Shown: positions 51,557-64,000 of the stretch, piece after piece | Layout: each line of letters begins with the position of its first letter | Position numbering within the stretch: the stretch's first letter is position 1 | Source of the DNA: Eledone cirrhosa | Taxonomy: Eukaryota | Length of the DNA stretch: 64,000 nucleotides | NCBI GenBank assembly: GCA_964016885.1 | Contig: OZ024743.1 | Span: 147,622,001 to 147,686,000, forward strand | Reading direction: 5' to 3' | Program-made: the position numbers and the translations under genes | The notes under the pieces: generated by a model | What the model was told of the DNA's origin: nothing | Databases searched by the model: none | The model's input: the letters and a program-made list of their open reading frames with translations, nothing else

Positions 51557-53900
51557 ACCAGATCCCAAGAAATTTCACCGGGCATGGAGTTGAACGGCAT
51601 ATATTTGACTCCCTATGAGGCGACTCATCTGGGTTGATCTTTGTTCCTGACAACCTTTCATATTCTTCTAAGAACTAGCTGACTACAAGGATTTCCGAGG
51701 TGCATATGCCGGTTCGAGCGGGATACCTTGCAATAGCGACAGCTTCTGCTGTCTTGGCTCGAGAGTCAATCCGTACAGAAGGGAATAGGGAGGGCCTAAG
51801 GGATGGACCGATCGGGTGATCTGGAACGGTTCAGATAGCTGGCTATTTATTTTGTCCACTGAGCATTGCAGCGATCCAGCCTCTGGAGACGGGATCGGAG
51901 CCAGTTGTTGTGAAGACAGCTTATAGGTATCGATGTCAGACCATATCGAATGCTTTCCATTGATCTAAATCGAACAGAGCCCCACCGAAGCCAGGTTCCC
52001 TTTCCACCTTTTCGATGATATATAGCATAAGGTGGAAGCGCAGGCTGGGATTGCGCACGTCTGCGCCTCGCCTTCCATGCTCTTGACAACAGGCTTCAGC
52101 CTCGTTGCTTGTACCTTAGCCAAATTCTTAAACACTGTGTTGAGAAGAGTTATGGACCGGAAATTATCTAGAACGCTTCCATTGTTCTAAACTATCATCA
52201 TCAAGGTTACTACGCCCCGACAAACAGAACTGGAAATTCTCCCAATCTAACACCAGATGCAGTAATCATCTTTGAAGATATCGGAGAACATGTTTAGAAG
52301 GTTTAAGTAAAACTCATAGGACAGAACATCAAAATCAGGCAATATGTGTCTCGTGCAACCGGCCAAGGCTTCCAGAATCTCGGGTACTGTTTCACAATGT
52401 TGGAACTGCCTGATTAGGTTCCTGAGGCTTTTTCACTCCCACTTTCTGACACAATCCCAACGTCTGTCTAAGATAGATGCCATTTCAGTCATCCGCTAAC
52501 AGTAACGTTTGAGACCTTCCTAGAAATGCTTCCAGACGCCTGAATATATCCAAGTGTTGGGGCGTCGCAAATTGTGGTTTCACTGATGATTGTCACATCC
52601 ACAGCAAGTCACCTATGGTCATTGAACAAGTAAATTGCTTTCAGGACGCTCAGAGACAACATACCTTTATGTAACCTAGTTTATGATTGCCGGAAAGAAT
52701 TGCGAGAAAGAAAGAAGTCGGGGTGGGAGGCTACTTACCTTTCCTCTTTAAAAGTTTACTTGGTCATTTTGCTGCTACTGTTGGTGGTGGTGGTGGTGTT
52801 GGTGTTGCGCTTGTTTCTGGCGTTTATGTTGCTGCTGTGGTTGTTACTTTTGCTGTTGATATTGTTGCTACTGCCAGGGTTGGTGCCGCTGTTGTTGTTG
52901 TGGGTTTTGGGGTTCTGGTGTTGGCAGCGAGGGAGCTCTGTGGTTCCTTGTCTCCCGTTGAGGGCAAAAAGCTCTCATCCGGTGTGTCTCTCTGCACAAA
53001 TACCCTCAATATTGCCCTCAATAACCACGTTTTGAGCCAAGCTATCCGGTAGGTGAATGGGCCCATAGATTTTTCTGACTTTTTCCGGTTTGAACTCTAG
53101 GAGGATCTCTAAAAATATCCACGATCATTGTTCTCTCCGGCTGCACCATGCTTCCAAGAAGTTGTCACTAACCTCTCATACCACACAGACCTGAATTCAC
53201 CACATACCCAATGATAGCAGTATATCGGTGATCCTGACCCTTATATTACTTCTTCCTTGATGTGAAGGGTATAATATAAACTGGTCTGTCCGAATGTGGA
53301 CTACAGAATACATGACGGTCAGAATATCGCTTTTAAAGAGCACCGAAATTTCCGCGTAATACCTTGCTCTAGCTATATGATCTATATCGAACATATCTTT
53401 CAGTGCTCTTTCGCTCTCATTTTGTTGCCATTTCTGGCTCTCTAGATTTTCTAGAAATGTTTCTGGACTGTTAAGTCTTTTTTCCCTTGCAGCCAACAAC
53501 TGGGCCGGTACGGCTATTACGGATCCTGTGTTTTGCCACTTGTGCCAAATGAGGATCTTTTCTTTTACATGTATATTGTGAATAGTTCATCTGCCTTTGC
53601 AGCATGGCCGCGAATGTGTTGTTGTTATTATTGTTGCTGCTGTAGTCGTTCATGTTGTTGTTCTTTATATTGCTTTTGTTAGTTTTGATTTGGTTGTACT
53701 TTTTGTTGACATTGTGGTGTTGCTTGTGGTGGTGGAGGTTGTGGTGCTGTCGATGTCACGCCGCTGCTGTTTTTACTCCCGTAACTGCCCCTGCCCTTAT
53801 TTCTGCTGTTTTTTGTTGTCAGTACCACCGCTCCCGCTGATATCATTGGTTATTACAATTTCGCTGTTCCGTTCTGCGGATAGCTGTCTGTTCTTTTCAG
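51557..53900 (-). mobile_element. Older, internally deleted L1/Tx1-like element
   Basis: ORF1-like segment 53197-53499; endonuclease start remnant (VDVTIISET) ~52575-52680; RT remnant (EILEALAGC..PDFDVLSYEFY, RGVVTL) ~52130-52385. Confidence 0.6.
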
Positions 53901-56900
53901 CAAACGAACATTTTTATTTTTATTAACAATAATTGAGGAGCATGTTTGCCAAACAAACCATAAATTAGCCCTAACGGCTGCTGATGGGGAAAACTAAACC
54001 AACACCATAAAGTCTTGGTTAGGGTATCTATAAAACTGACAAAATGTTCTACATATAATTTTCTGTAAGAACAGAAATAATAACTTACAGGAGAGGTGTA
54101 TATCACGTGTCGACAAGCAATCGAACAGAATGGTAATAATAACATGGCATACATTCATTAGATTATTATGACTATCCGTGCTGTAGATCCTCACTAATTC
54201 AAGCACATACGGCCACGCACACTTACATGTTAGTATAATTGTATTAATCTACTTAACGCTGCAGAAACATTTTTTAAGACCAGATCTTATGATGAATCTT
54301 TCTGAAGGTATATATGGTTCTGGTCTTATCAATCAACAGGTGAACAATGAATTCACTTCTAGCTTCAATGTATAAAATTTCCTATACACCAAATGTTTAA
54401 TTGGGGTGGATTTAAAAGTGTAATTTGCTGTAGAAATATCAATCTCCCATTACTCATCACCACTCATAAGGTTATTGCATTTAGCTGAGTTAACGCTTTT
54501 GCAATCATTTCAATCTGACCTCAGGTCGGAAAAAATGCCTAATTATATTGATTTAATTCTTCTTGTTGAAGTAATTAAGGTTTTTCTTCATCTTGTTCAG
54601 CAATTAAAACCACTTCCTAGGCTATATACCAGGGTAATATGAACACATAGCTTTTAAACGTGATATTTCAAGAAATATTGTTTGCTGTCTCTTGGAAATA
54701 GTAAAAAAAAGTAAAGCATAACATAAAGAGGTAAATGTATGAACAAATTAATCTTTTGGACTGCATGAAATTTTATCCATTTTTGAAATATAATCTAAAT
54801 CTAAAGACGCTGACAGAAGGATTCGCTGATTGATATATGCCTCGGTCAAAGAGCAAAGAAATTTGGTAATTAGAAATCCTCGATGTTTCTTCATCCATCT
54901 CCTGCATTGATTTCTATAAAAATAAGTATTAACTAGTTCAAATACTGGAGAAATGCCATGAAATTAATAGATTCCCACATTCAATCCGTAATGAGAAGAA
55001 GGCGATTTTGTGTAAAACACAGTTCAGTAATGTTAGTTCTTTACAACACATAATTGGACTCTTGGCAAGAAGAGGTATTGATGAACAACATTGTCATATG
55101 TTTTGCTGGGCGCAAAAGATTAGTGATCATATACATTTCATTGAAATCTAAATCGGAAAATGTGTTTGTTGTAACAGTGAAGATTAAATGAAGGAAGTAT
55201 TTTTCTTAATGAGAGGAATATTATAAAAGCTACCCATGGATTTATATGAAAACAAATTGTTTATTCTGATTAATATCAATGTTTGACAAAGAACTTTGTT
55301 GAGGAGGAAATGTGTTGTTTTGTTCGGAAAATTCGGTCTTTTATCATGCAGATACAACTTAGTATTTAGGATTCTGGAAACAGACTAATCCATGAATATT
55401 ATTTGTTTCCGAAATTTTCTCGCCCTTAAATATCTGGACAAATAATCTAACTTTTCGCGCTTTACATTTAAACTTAACAGATTCCTCTATGGGGTTAAAA
55501 AGTTTACTTCGTATCCACGAAGTCGTAAAGTATCATGGGTAAATCTTCTACTGTAGTATTGTGTTGACCAAACAAATATGCTGCTAGTTTAAACGTTGAG
55601 GATCTGTCTTCACTTGTAGATGACAAATGAATTCAAACAAATATGTAACATGTTCTAATTGCCATTTCAAATTTAGAAACTAACACAGGATTGCCTGGTC
55701 ATTTAGAAGTAATATGTGAGCACTATTGCATTCGGTGACATAATTGTAATATAGCTAGAAATGTACGTTCTTTTTGAAGCATGATCAAATGAAATAAACA
55801 AAGATGGAAGTTCAACAACATGCACCAAATGAGACAATATACTGATATAAAGGTCGTAATGTACGTTCATGTATGTCTATGCACACGCTGCGCGTTATAG
55901 GGAAAATGCACTTTGAAAAATGCCATGACTGACCATTTAGTCATTTAGACGGTCTCTGTATTAATTTGCCATGTACTCTAATTAGTATTTATTTATTTTT
56001 CTTTATTTGCATGTTTCAACTGTGTTTACATCCTTTTCAAATATATTGTAGTTGCAGTCTTTCGAAAAATGTTTATCGTTTATGTTTATCTCACGTGGTA
56101 GGCCGCTTATGTTCTTGCTGAACACAATGGATGCAACTGGTCTTGTCTTTGTCACTTATATCGATGAGAAAGATTCATTACAAGGGACATAATTCAGGCT
56201 TTGTTTAATAAAAACAATTATGAGTGTAAAAATTGTGTTTTGGCTTGAATTTTCACGTGAAAATACTTTCCTTACGGTTTTCCTGGGTGAAATTTACGCT
56301 ACAATTGTACACGTTCCTCTATGTGCTGGCTTAGAGGGATCTTTCTGGATTGCGTGTCCATGGTGTCACTCAGACAAGCAGTATTCATAAGGAAGATTTT
56401 CCTAATTAAATTCAAGTCAAAACTCATTTTTTTACACACATAACATTTTTGTAATTAAAAGGAAAGTCTCTACTACGTCCATACACGTTAAATTACACAC
56501 TCATATACAATAGAAAAACAATAGAAACATCACATACAGAGCCCGCAACACAGACATATACACACACATACGTACACACTCACATACATAAAAAAGATCA
56601 CCTATACCTACACGCGTGTAGACATACTCACACACATACCCATTCAACGCACACAATCACACGCACTCGCATGCATAGCAAATAAAGACCCCCACCCCGC
56701 GCATACACATGAAACAAAAGCCACATACACACAGAAAGCAGTGCGTACACTTCACTTTAATAGATTCTGGGGCACATAGACTGAAGCAATGCACATCGAA
56801 CAATTTCTTCCCTTCGACACACACACACACAACTACACCCATGCCATTACCATATCCGCTACCCTGGTCTCCCTGGGCGGACCTTTCACCCACCTTCCCG

Positions 56901-56978
56901 AATCACTTTTTTAACTATCTCCCCTAACCTTCTCGCATTACTCTTACTTCTCTCTATTCTCTCCTTATCCGAATTTAT

Positions 56979-57095
56979 CTGAGGAAGGACATCTGTCCGA
57001 AACGCTGAAACCTCCTCCATTTCCTCCAAGCGTGAACCTAATATAACTGAGTAAATTTGCCTCCCAAGTTTTGTTTGTTTCATTTATTAACTATA
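56979..57095 (+). mobile_element. Family B 3' end with HHR-like motif (56979-57006)
   Basis: CTGAGGA-a-ggac atct gtcc-GAAACGCT, then CAAGCGTGAACCTAATA; compensatory stem II relative to 2688 (gggc/gccc versus ggac/gtcc). Confidence 0.65.
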
Positions 57096-57103
57096 TATAT
57101 GTA

Positions 57104-57204
<101 letters not shown>

Positions 57205-57534
57205 TGGTGTGTGTGCGCGCGCGCGCACGTGTGTGTATGATTGTGTGTGTGTTAGGACATTTAAAAATATAATGGATGTTATGTCTGCACGGATGAGTGT
57301 TTTGTCATGTTTAGATTTCTTTCATCTTCAAAAGGTTTATATACTGTAACGTCAATGAGAAGAGCTGTCAGAATCCGAAATAAATATACATACGTATCAA
57401 TGTCTGCTTGTTGTTTTATGCTACTGAATATTAGACACACAAGGAGAAAAAATACACGCACACGACACACATTGCACACACCAACACACACACACATACA
57501 TACTCAAACATATATATATATGTATATATATATA

Positions 57535-57768
<234 letters not shown>

Positions 57769-58362
57769 ACTGTTGCTAATGGTGTCTACAAAGTACTAAA
57801 ATCCATATCTCCCATATAAAGTCTAAGTGTTCTGACCATTGAGCTGAGAGACCCTCGACAACATTTTACCGCCTAATAAGGAGCTGAATCAAATAGCTCT
57901 TGAAAATTATAAATAAATGTCATGTCTGAAACACGAACTTTTAAATTTAACGCTCTCAATGACATATTGAGATGAAGCCTGGACGCAACTGGCTTTCCAT
58001 CTAAACCGGAGCCAGCATGCCTAGACCACAGAGATGGCAAGCGCCCCCGCGGAATCACACACACACCACACACTCACACACACACCGACACACACATATA
58101 TATGTGTGTATAATTATTTTCCTGTTCAATAATCCATGTTGTTTGATTGAAACATTCAACAACCTATGGTGAAATAAAGCATAAGCATTCCAAGTCATAG
58201 GTTATCTATAATGGTATTACGTATATCGTATCAGACGGATTTCTAAGTTATTAAGTGGAGTATAAACACAGACTAAGATATAAATATATACAGAACAGTA
58301 ATAGGTAGGAACAATTATCCATGTTATAGAGCAACACAAGGCCTTCTGGCGAGTTTGAATAT

Positions 58363-58732
58363 AATGATTAAGGCCAGTTACTACAACGGTGCTATACCAG
58401 GTACGTACGTTTCGTTAGCACTGAGGATCAATTGTTCGACCTGTGCCGATCAAAATTAAACGGACAATGTTTACTCAAAAAAGAAAATATAGGACACTAG
58501 GATACGAGAGGAGAACCCCAAAACAAGTACAGATAATCTGGATGATTTAGGAGTGATAATTATAATTTAACCGCGAAAAACGCGAATAAACGCTAAATTA
58601 GCTAGTAATTACGAGGGGTTAGAATTAAATCAGTAGATTAGAAACGATTCCAAAAACCAAGCTGGTCCTCAGGGCTAACGAAACGTACGTACCTGGTATG
58701 GCGCCGTTGTAGTAACAGGCCTTAATAATTAT
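58363..58732. repeat. ~68-bp inverted repeats containing an HHR-like 3' half (GAAAC-GTAC-GTA)
   Basis: 58363-58430 versus 58663-58730. Confidence 0.85.
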
Positions 58733-58890
58733 ATATGTGTATATATACATTTAGGTTTGTTGGTTCACCACTGGATAGAACTGGTTATTCCGTATGGTCA
58801 ACCTCGATGTAATATTAGGGAGAGCACTCGACGTAATGCAACTCACTCGTCTGCGTTTGTGTTGTTGATGGTGCGAGTACGGAGTTAATT

Positions 58891-59276
58891 ATTATAAAAT
58901 AACAGGAGACTGGACTGGTGTAATTCCTTAAAGGTTTATTATACTATGGATATTTCAACGACCGAGTGCAGAATGAATCCGGTGAAATCATCAGGTATTC
59001 GAAATTTAACCAAGGAATATAATCTATGGGGCTGAAAAGGCAGAGACAAGAAGGCGGCCACACATTTAGCAGTTTCTACCGATCTGACTAGAAACTGCTA
59101 AATATATGGCCGCCTTCTTGTCTCTGCCTTTTCAGCCCCATAGATTATATTCCTTGGTTAAATTTCGAATACCTGACGATGTCACCCGATTCATACAGAA
59201 CCCGGTCATTGAAATGTTCATAGTATAATAAACCTTTAAAGAATTACACCAGTCCAGCCTCCTGTGATTTTATAAT
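58891..59276. mobile_element. ~385-bp palindrome with an HHR motif in each arm (family J)
   Basis: Loop 59079-59088. atac-CTGACGA...GAAA-tgttca-TA-gtat-AATAAA at 59169-59232 (+); mirror with CTGATGA at 58941-58998 (-). Confidence 0.88.
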
Positions 59277-59373
59277 ATATATATACTGGTGATTCTATTG
59301 ACATGTTTTATGATATATAGCTCTGATTATTTAATTTATTAACTCTTCATTGAGCCACAGAGTGACCCGTTGC

Positions 59374-59488
<115 letters not shown>

Positions 59489-59696
59489 GTAAACCTTTAT
59501 ATGTAATAATCTCCCGTTAGGTTGAGATACAATTTTGGCTGTATTGGGCGGCGCTTTCTAGCAAAAGGCCACCAGCCGTAAGCAACTAATCACATTCTTT
59601 CTAACTTGACCGCTGCTACGTCACGATTCTTAGCCATTTTTGTATGTATTCTTGGCGCGATCACTTTGGAAAATTAATTGTCTAAATTTGAGCTAA

Positions 59697-59770
59697 CTCC
59701 TGAAGAGTCCGGTGCTCCAGATGTTCAATGTTATCGGATATGTTAAAATGCGGACGAAACCATTGTAGAG
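59697..59770 (+). ncRNA. Type I hammerhead ribozyme with large loop II (family K)
   Basis: ctc-CTGAAGA-gtccg-(39 nt)-cggac-GAAAC-catt-GTA-gag. Confidence 0.8.
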
Positions 59771-60109
59771 GTAACTAAATATGTTCACTTTTCTCCCAGT
59801 TTATTTTACACCTAATTCAGTTCAGTTGACTGTATATCTGGTCGATTTATACACGCTGTCGAAATACTGGTTAAATACTCCGTCGCAACCGCCGCGAAGG
59901 GCTGCTTTCGGTTATTTGTCGGAGATTTCTTCATAGAAACCTTTCTTCTTATAGCTTGGTCTAATCGATTTTTTATATGGTTAATTATGCTAATTGGGAG
60001 AGGAAACGGTATATATTTTATCTGGTGATTCTATAGACATGTTTTATGATATATAGCTCTGATTATTTAATTTATTAACTCTTCATTAAGCCACAAAGTG
60101 ACCCGTTGC

Positions 60110-60240
<131 letters not shown>

Positions 60241-60252
60241 TTAATATAGATG

Positions 60253-60303
60253 AGATTCTACAGGACTAGAACTGTTTCATTCATTAGAAATCATCAGGAA
60301 TCT
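60253..60303 (-). ncRNA. Type I hammerhead ribozyme in a ~120-bp insert (family L)
   Basis: agattc-CTGATGA-t-ttc taat gaa-t-GAA-acag ttctagtc ctgt-A-gaatct; 6-bp stem I, GUA site. Confidence 0.8.
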
Positions 60304-60351
60304 GGGTATCAAAAAATAAATATGGTATTTATAGGTCTCTACAAGTGGTAG

Positions 60352-60413
<62 letters not shown>

Positions 60414-60615
60414 CTTTATATATAATAATCTCCCGTTAGGTTGAGATACAATTTTGGCTGTATTGGGCTGCGCTTTCTAGCAAAAGGCCACCAGCCGTAA
60501 GCAACTAATCACATTCTTTCTAACTTGACCGCTGCGACGTCACGATTCTTAGCCATTTTTTAATGTATTCTTGGTGCGATCACTTTGGAAAATTAATTGT
60601 CTAAATTTGAGCTTA

Positions 60616-60689
60616 CTCCTGAAGAGTCCGGTGCTCCAGATGTCCAATGTTATCAGATATCTTAAAATGCGGACGAAACCATGGTAGAG
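60616..60689 (+). ncRNA. Type I hammerhead ribozyme with large loop II (family K)
   Basis: ctc-CTGAAGA-gtccg...cggac-GAAAC-catg-GTA-gag; palindromic ACCATGGT. Confidence 0.85.
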
Positions 60690-60953
60690 GTCACTAAATA
60701 TGTTGACTTTCATCCTAGTTTATTTTAAACCTAATTCTGTTTAGTTGACTGTATATCTGGTCGATTTATACACGCTGACGGAATACTCGATACATACTCC
60801 GTCGCAACCGCCGCGAAGGGCTGCTTTCGGTTATTTGTCGGAGATTTTTCATAGAAGTCTTTATTCTTATAGCTTGGTCTAATCGATTTTTTATATGGTT
60901 AATTATGCTAATTGGGAGAGGAAACGGTATATATTTTATCTGGTGATTCTATA

Positions 60954-61014
<61 letters not shown>

Positions 61015-61095
61015 ATTTGAAGACTAAAATCGAAAGAGGCTTCGATAAGGATAATATATATCAAATATATATATGAACCGTAGACAATTTAATAA

Positions 61096-61179
<84 letters not shown>

Positions 61180-61382
61180 TAGCGAGAATCGCATTTCGGT
61201 TATTGGAAATTAGCGAAAATCAACTTCCGGGATGTGTGGCAAGCGCTCCATAGAAACGAGTGAACTAGAGCAACAACATACGTTAAAGGGCCAAACACAC
61301 TGAGACGATGGTTAAACCATTAACCGCAAAGCCATATAAGCGAACAAGCTATTCGGGTCAAACAAATAATAAAATATGATAG

Positions 61383-61480
<98 letters not shown>

Positions 61481-61491
61481 CATATATATAA

Positions 61492-61588
<97 letters not shown>

Positions 61589-61593
61589 TATAA

Positions 61594-61649
<56 letters not shown>

Positions 61650-61769
61650 TTGTTATATACAGATTTATATATATATACATATATTAAGGTGGTGCTATTA
61701 AGTTAGACATGGCCTGGGCCAATAATGGCCGAAACCTATCAAAGTTATCAAAGTTATATATATACATAC

Positions 61770-61827
<58 letters not shown>

Positions 61828-61832
<5 letters not shown>

Positions 61833-61920
61833 CACCACCACCCCACTCTCAAGAGCGTGAAACTAATAAACCTTTGTTCGTACTGCCTCTCTGTTTTGTT
61901 CCCGTTCAATTTTTTACTAT
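61828..61920 (+). mobile_element. Family B tail fragment in (TA)n
   Basis: atccccc...cactctcaagagcgtgaaactaataaa, homologous to 2716-2815. Confidence 0.7.
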
Positions 61921-62998
61921 ATATATATATGTATATATATATATCTGTGTGTGTGTGTGCGTGTGTGTGTGTGTGTGTGCACACATATTTGTTTGTTTAT
62001 GTTTTTTTTTTAAAACTATCTTGTGATTCGACGAACTTTTTAGTAGATTAAACAAAGTAGTGAAGTTAATAAAGTTGACTAAAACTTCTTTAGGCTAACA
62101 AGAAAATTTGTGATTGTTTTCGTAAGTTTACTTACGCATTCGTCAATCACATGTGCCTACTATATACTAAATTTTACTATACGCAAAACGGTACCGGTTT
62201 ATTACTCGTGAAATGGTCCGCTACCTAGTGCTTGTGGTAAGATATAATCTGTTGATCTATCACTAGCTGACAACCTGACGCAATTTAACTTACCTTTTAT
62301 TTTGTTAAAGTTACTAAAAAAAATTCAAAGACACCTCTATGACAAATATCATTTTCCACGCCTTTTTGTTTGTTAACTTGGAAATGCATTTTGGTATACT
62401 TTATGCATTTTTTAAAAATATGGTAGTCATCCTATATGATCAATGCTCAGCCATATAGGCGGTCTCTATTCCAAGGCGAAATTAACAAACTATTCAATCT
62501 GTATGAATGTTTCTTTTTAGAAGTTATACGAGAATTATAAATTGCCATTTCAGAGAGTAACATATAAATTAATAAAGCTATAGATATAATGTAGAAATAA
62601 TAATAAACGGGCAGCTGGATGATGTAAGCAGTGAGATGAAGCAACGAGTAATTGTAATGCCATTAATAGCTATATATTTTATATGAAATAATAGAGAACA
62701 GAAGCGTGTTTGGAGTTCATGGTGTGATAAAGAATTTAAACAAAATCTGATTAAAAACAAACATATTTTGTAAAGTATTCTGAATCTTTTTTATATAAAA
62801 ATTGCATAATAATATCCGTCTACTCATACTTCATGAACCCATTCATCTTATTGTGAATAGAATTTGGTGAAGGTTCAGCTTTGTCATGTCTGAGTCAGAC
62901 TTTAATTCTCAAAATAATAAATAAATAAGTAGATAAATGAAATAAAATAAAACAAAAAATAAATCAAAAGCATGCTCATTCAAACTTTGACTGACTTT

Positions 62999-63058
<60 letters not shown>

Positions 63059-64000
63059 GGGGGGGGGGGGGCGTAATAGATGACAAAACTAGTTACGGTG
63101 ATGTCAAACGATTATCACTATGCTGATTACATGAGCAGGTTACCTGGAAGAGTTAATACGATTTCGAAATACTACATTAAGGTAATCAGTATGCTGTTTG
63201 TTTCCCATTTCTTGGTTCAAATTTCCAGTGAAATCTATGTGACAAATATAAAAAATCTTTCTTTTTAAATATTTTTTCTCTCAATCAAATTAAAAGTCGG
63301 ATTAATTGTATATGACATTTATAGGATGGAAAAGTAATGCAAAATTAGGATGCTTTAATCGATTCTAATGGTACAAACTTTATAAACATCAAAAATGACA
63401 GTAGATATGTTGGAAGAATATTATGTAAGTCCTGTTAAAAATGAAACTATATGTAATATCGTTTAGTCTAAAACCGTTTAAATCCAGTGGCTAGTAACAT
63501 AGTAGATACAATTGAATTCCACATTGTTTAATTACCTTCATTTGCATTCTAATTTTAAACTTTACTGCTGTTAGTTTTGCCTTTCGTATCTATGAAGTGA
63601 ATAAAATGTAGCAGTAATATATAAGATAATTTAACATATGCAGTGTAATTATATATCGGATTCTCTCATATAAAACCATAAAAAAGTGGGAAAGAAAATG
63701 TTATATCTATGATAACGTCTCAGATATTTTACTTACGATGTTCAAATACAGATTTCACAACATAAATTATAATTTTACTCCAGATTATAAAACATTGTTT
63801 GGTAGGGTATATTTTACAAACTTTACGACCATAGGCAGATATAAAAAGAAGCGGGTATATGGAGACGTAAGATGAGTGTAGTGTAACATAAAATATATGT
63901 CATTTTATGAAACACGGAAATTTAATGAGAAAATTCTGAAATATATAATACAACACCTAACACAGACGAACAGCTTCAAAATATTCAACAAATGTATTCA

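Noticed and set aside
53897-55450. Possible host exon or DNA-transposase remnant
   Set aside because: No sustained reading frame or recognisable motif.
57780-57855. tRNA-like sequence on the minus strand
   Set aside because: An A-box-like AGCTCAATGG is present but there is no valid T-arm or cloverleaf; at most a decayed SINE head.

Overview
Eukaryotic, AT-rich, microsatellite-saturated DNA with no convincing host protein-coding gene. The (TA)n/(CA)n/(TAA)n/(TAG)n/(CATA)n density and the recurrent tRNA-derived SINE (GAGTTCAAATCCCGCCGAGGTCAACTTTGCCTTTCATCC...GATAAAAT...ACCAG) suggest an octopus/coleoid cephalopod intron or intergenic region (inference). Recognisable coding sequence is all retrotransposon-derived: three Penelope-like (Naiad-type RT + C-terminal GIY-YIG) copies, one near-full-length and two partial R4/Dong-type REL-endonuclease LINEs, three L1/Tx1-type copies and a bipartite RTE-derived element. 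The most striking signal is non-coding: by eye I find about 25 type-I hammerhead ribozyme (HHR) motifs from about 10 unrelated small repeat families, almost all inside (TA)n tracts. They are arranged as tandem 420-920 bp repeats (retrozyme-like), long fold-back palindromes, or the 3' ends of the Penelope-like elements. Supporting details are stem-I covariation, U3-A8 core variants, and insertion ends that coincide with the predicted self-cleavage site. Two HDV-like ribozyme candidates sit at LINE 5' ends. All structures were read by eye and are not computed; most short ORFs in the track are microsatellite artefacts.
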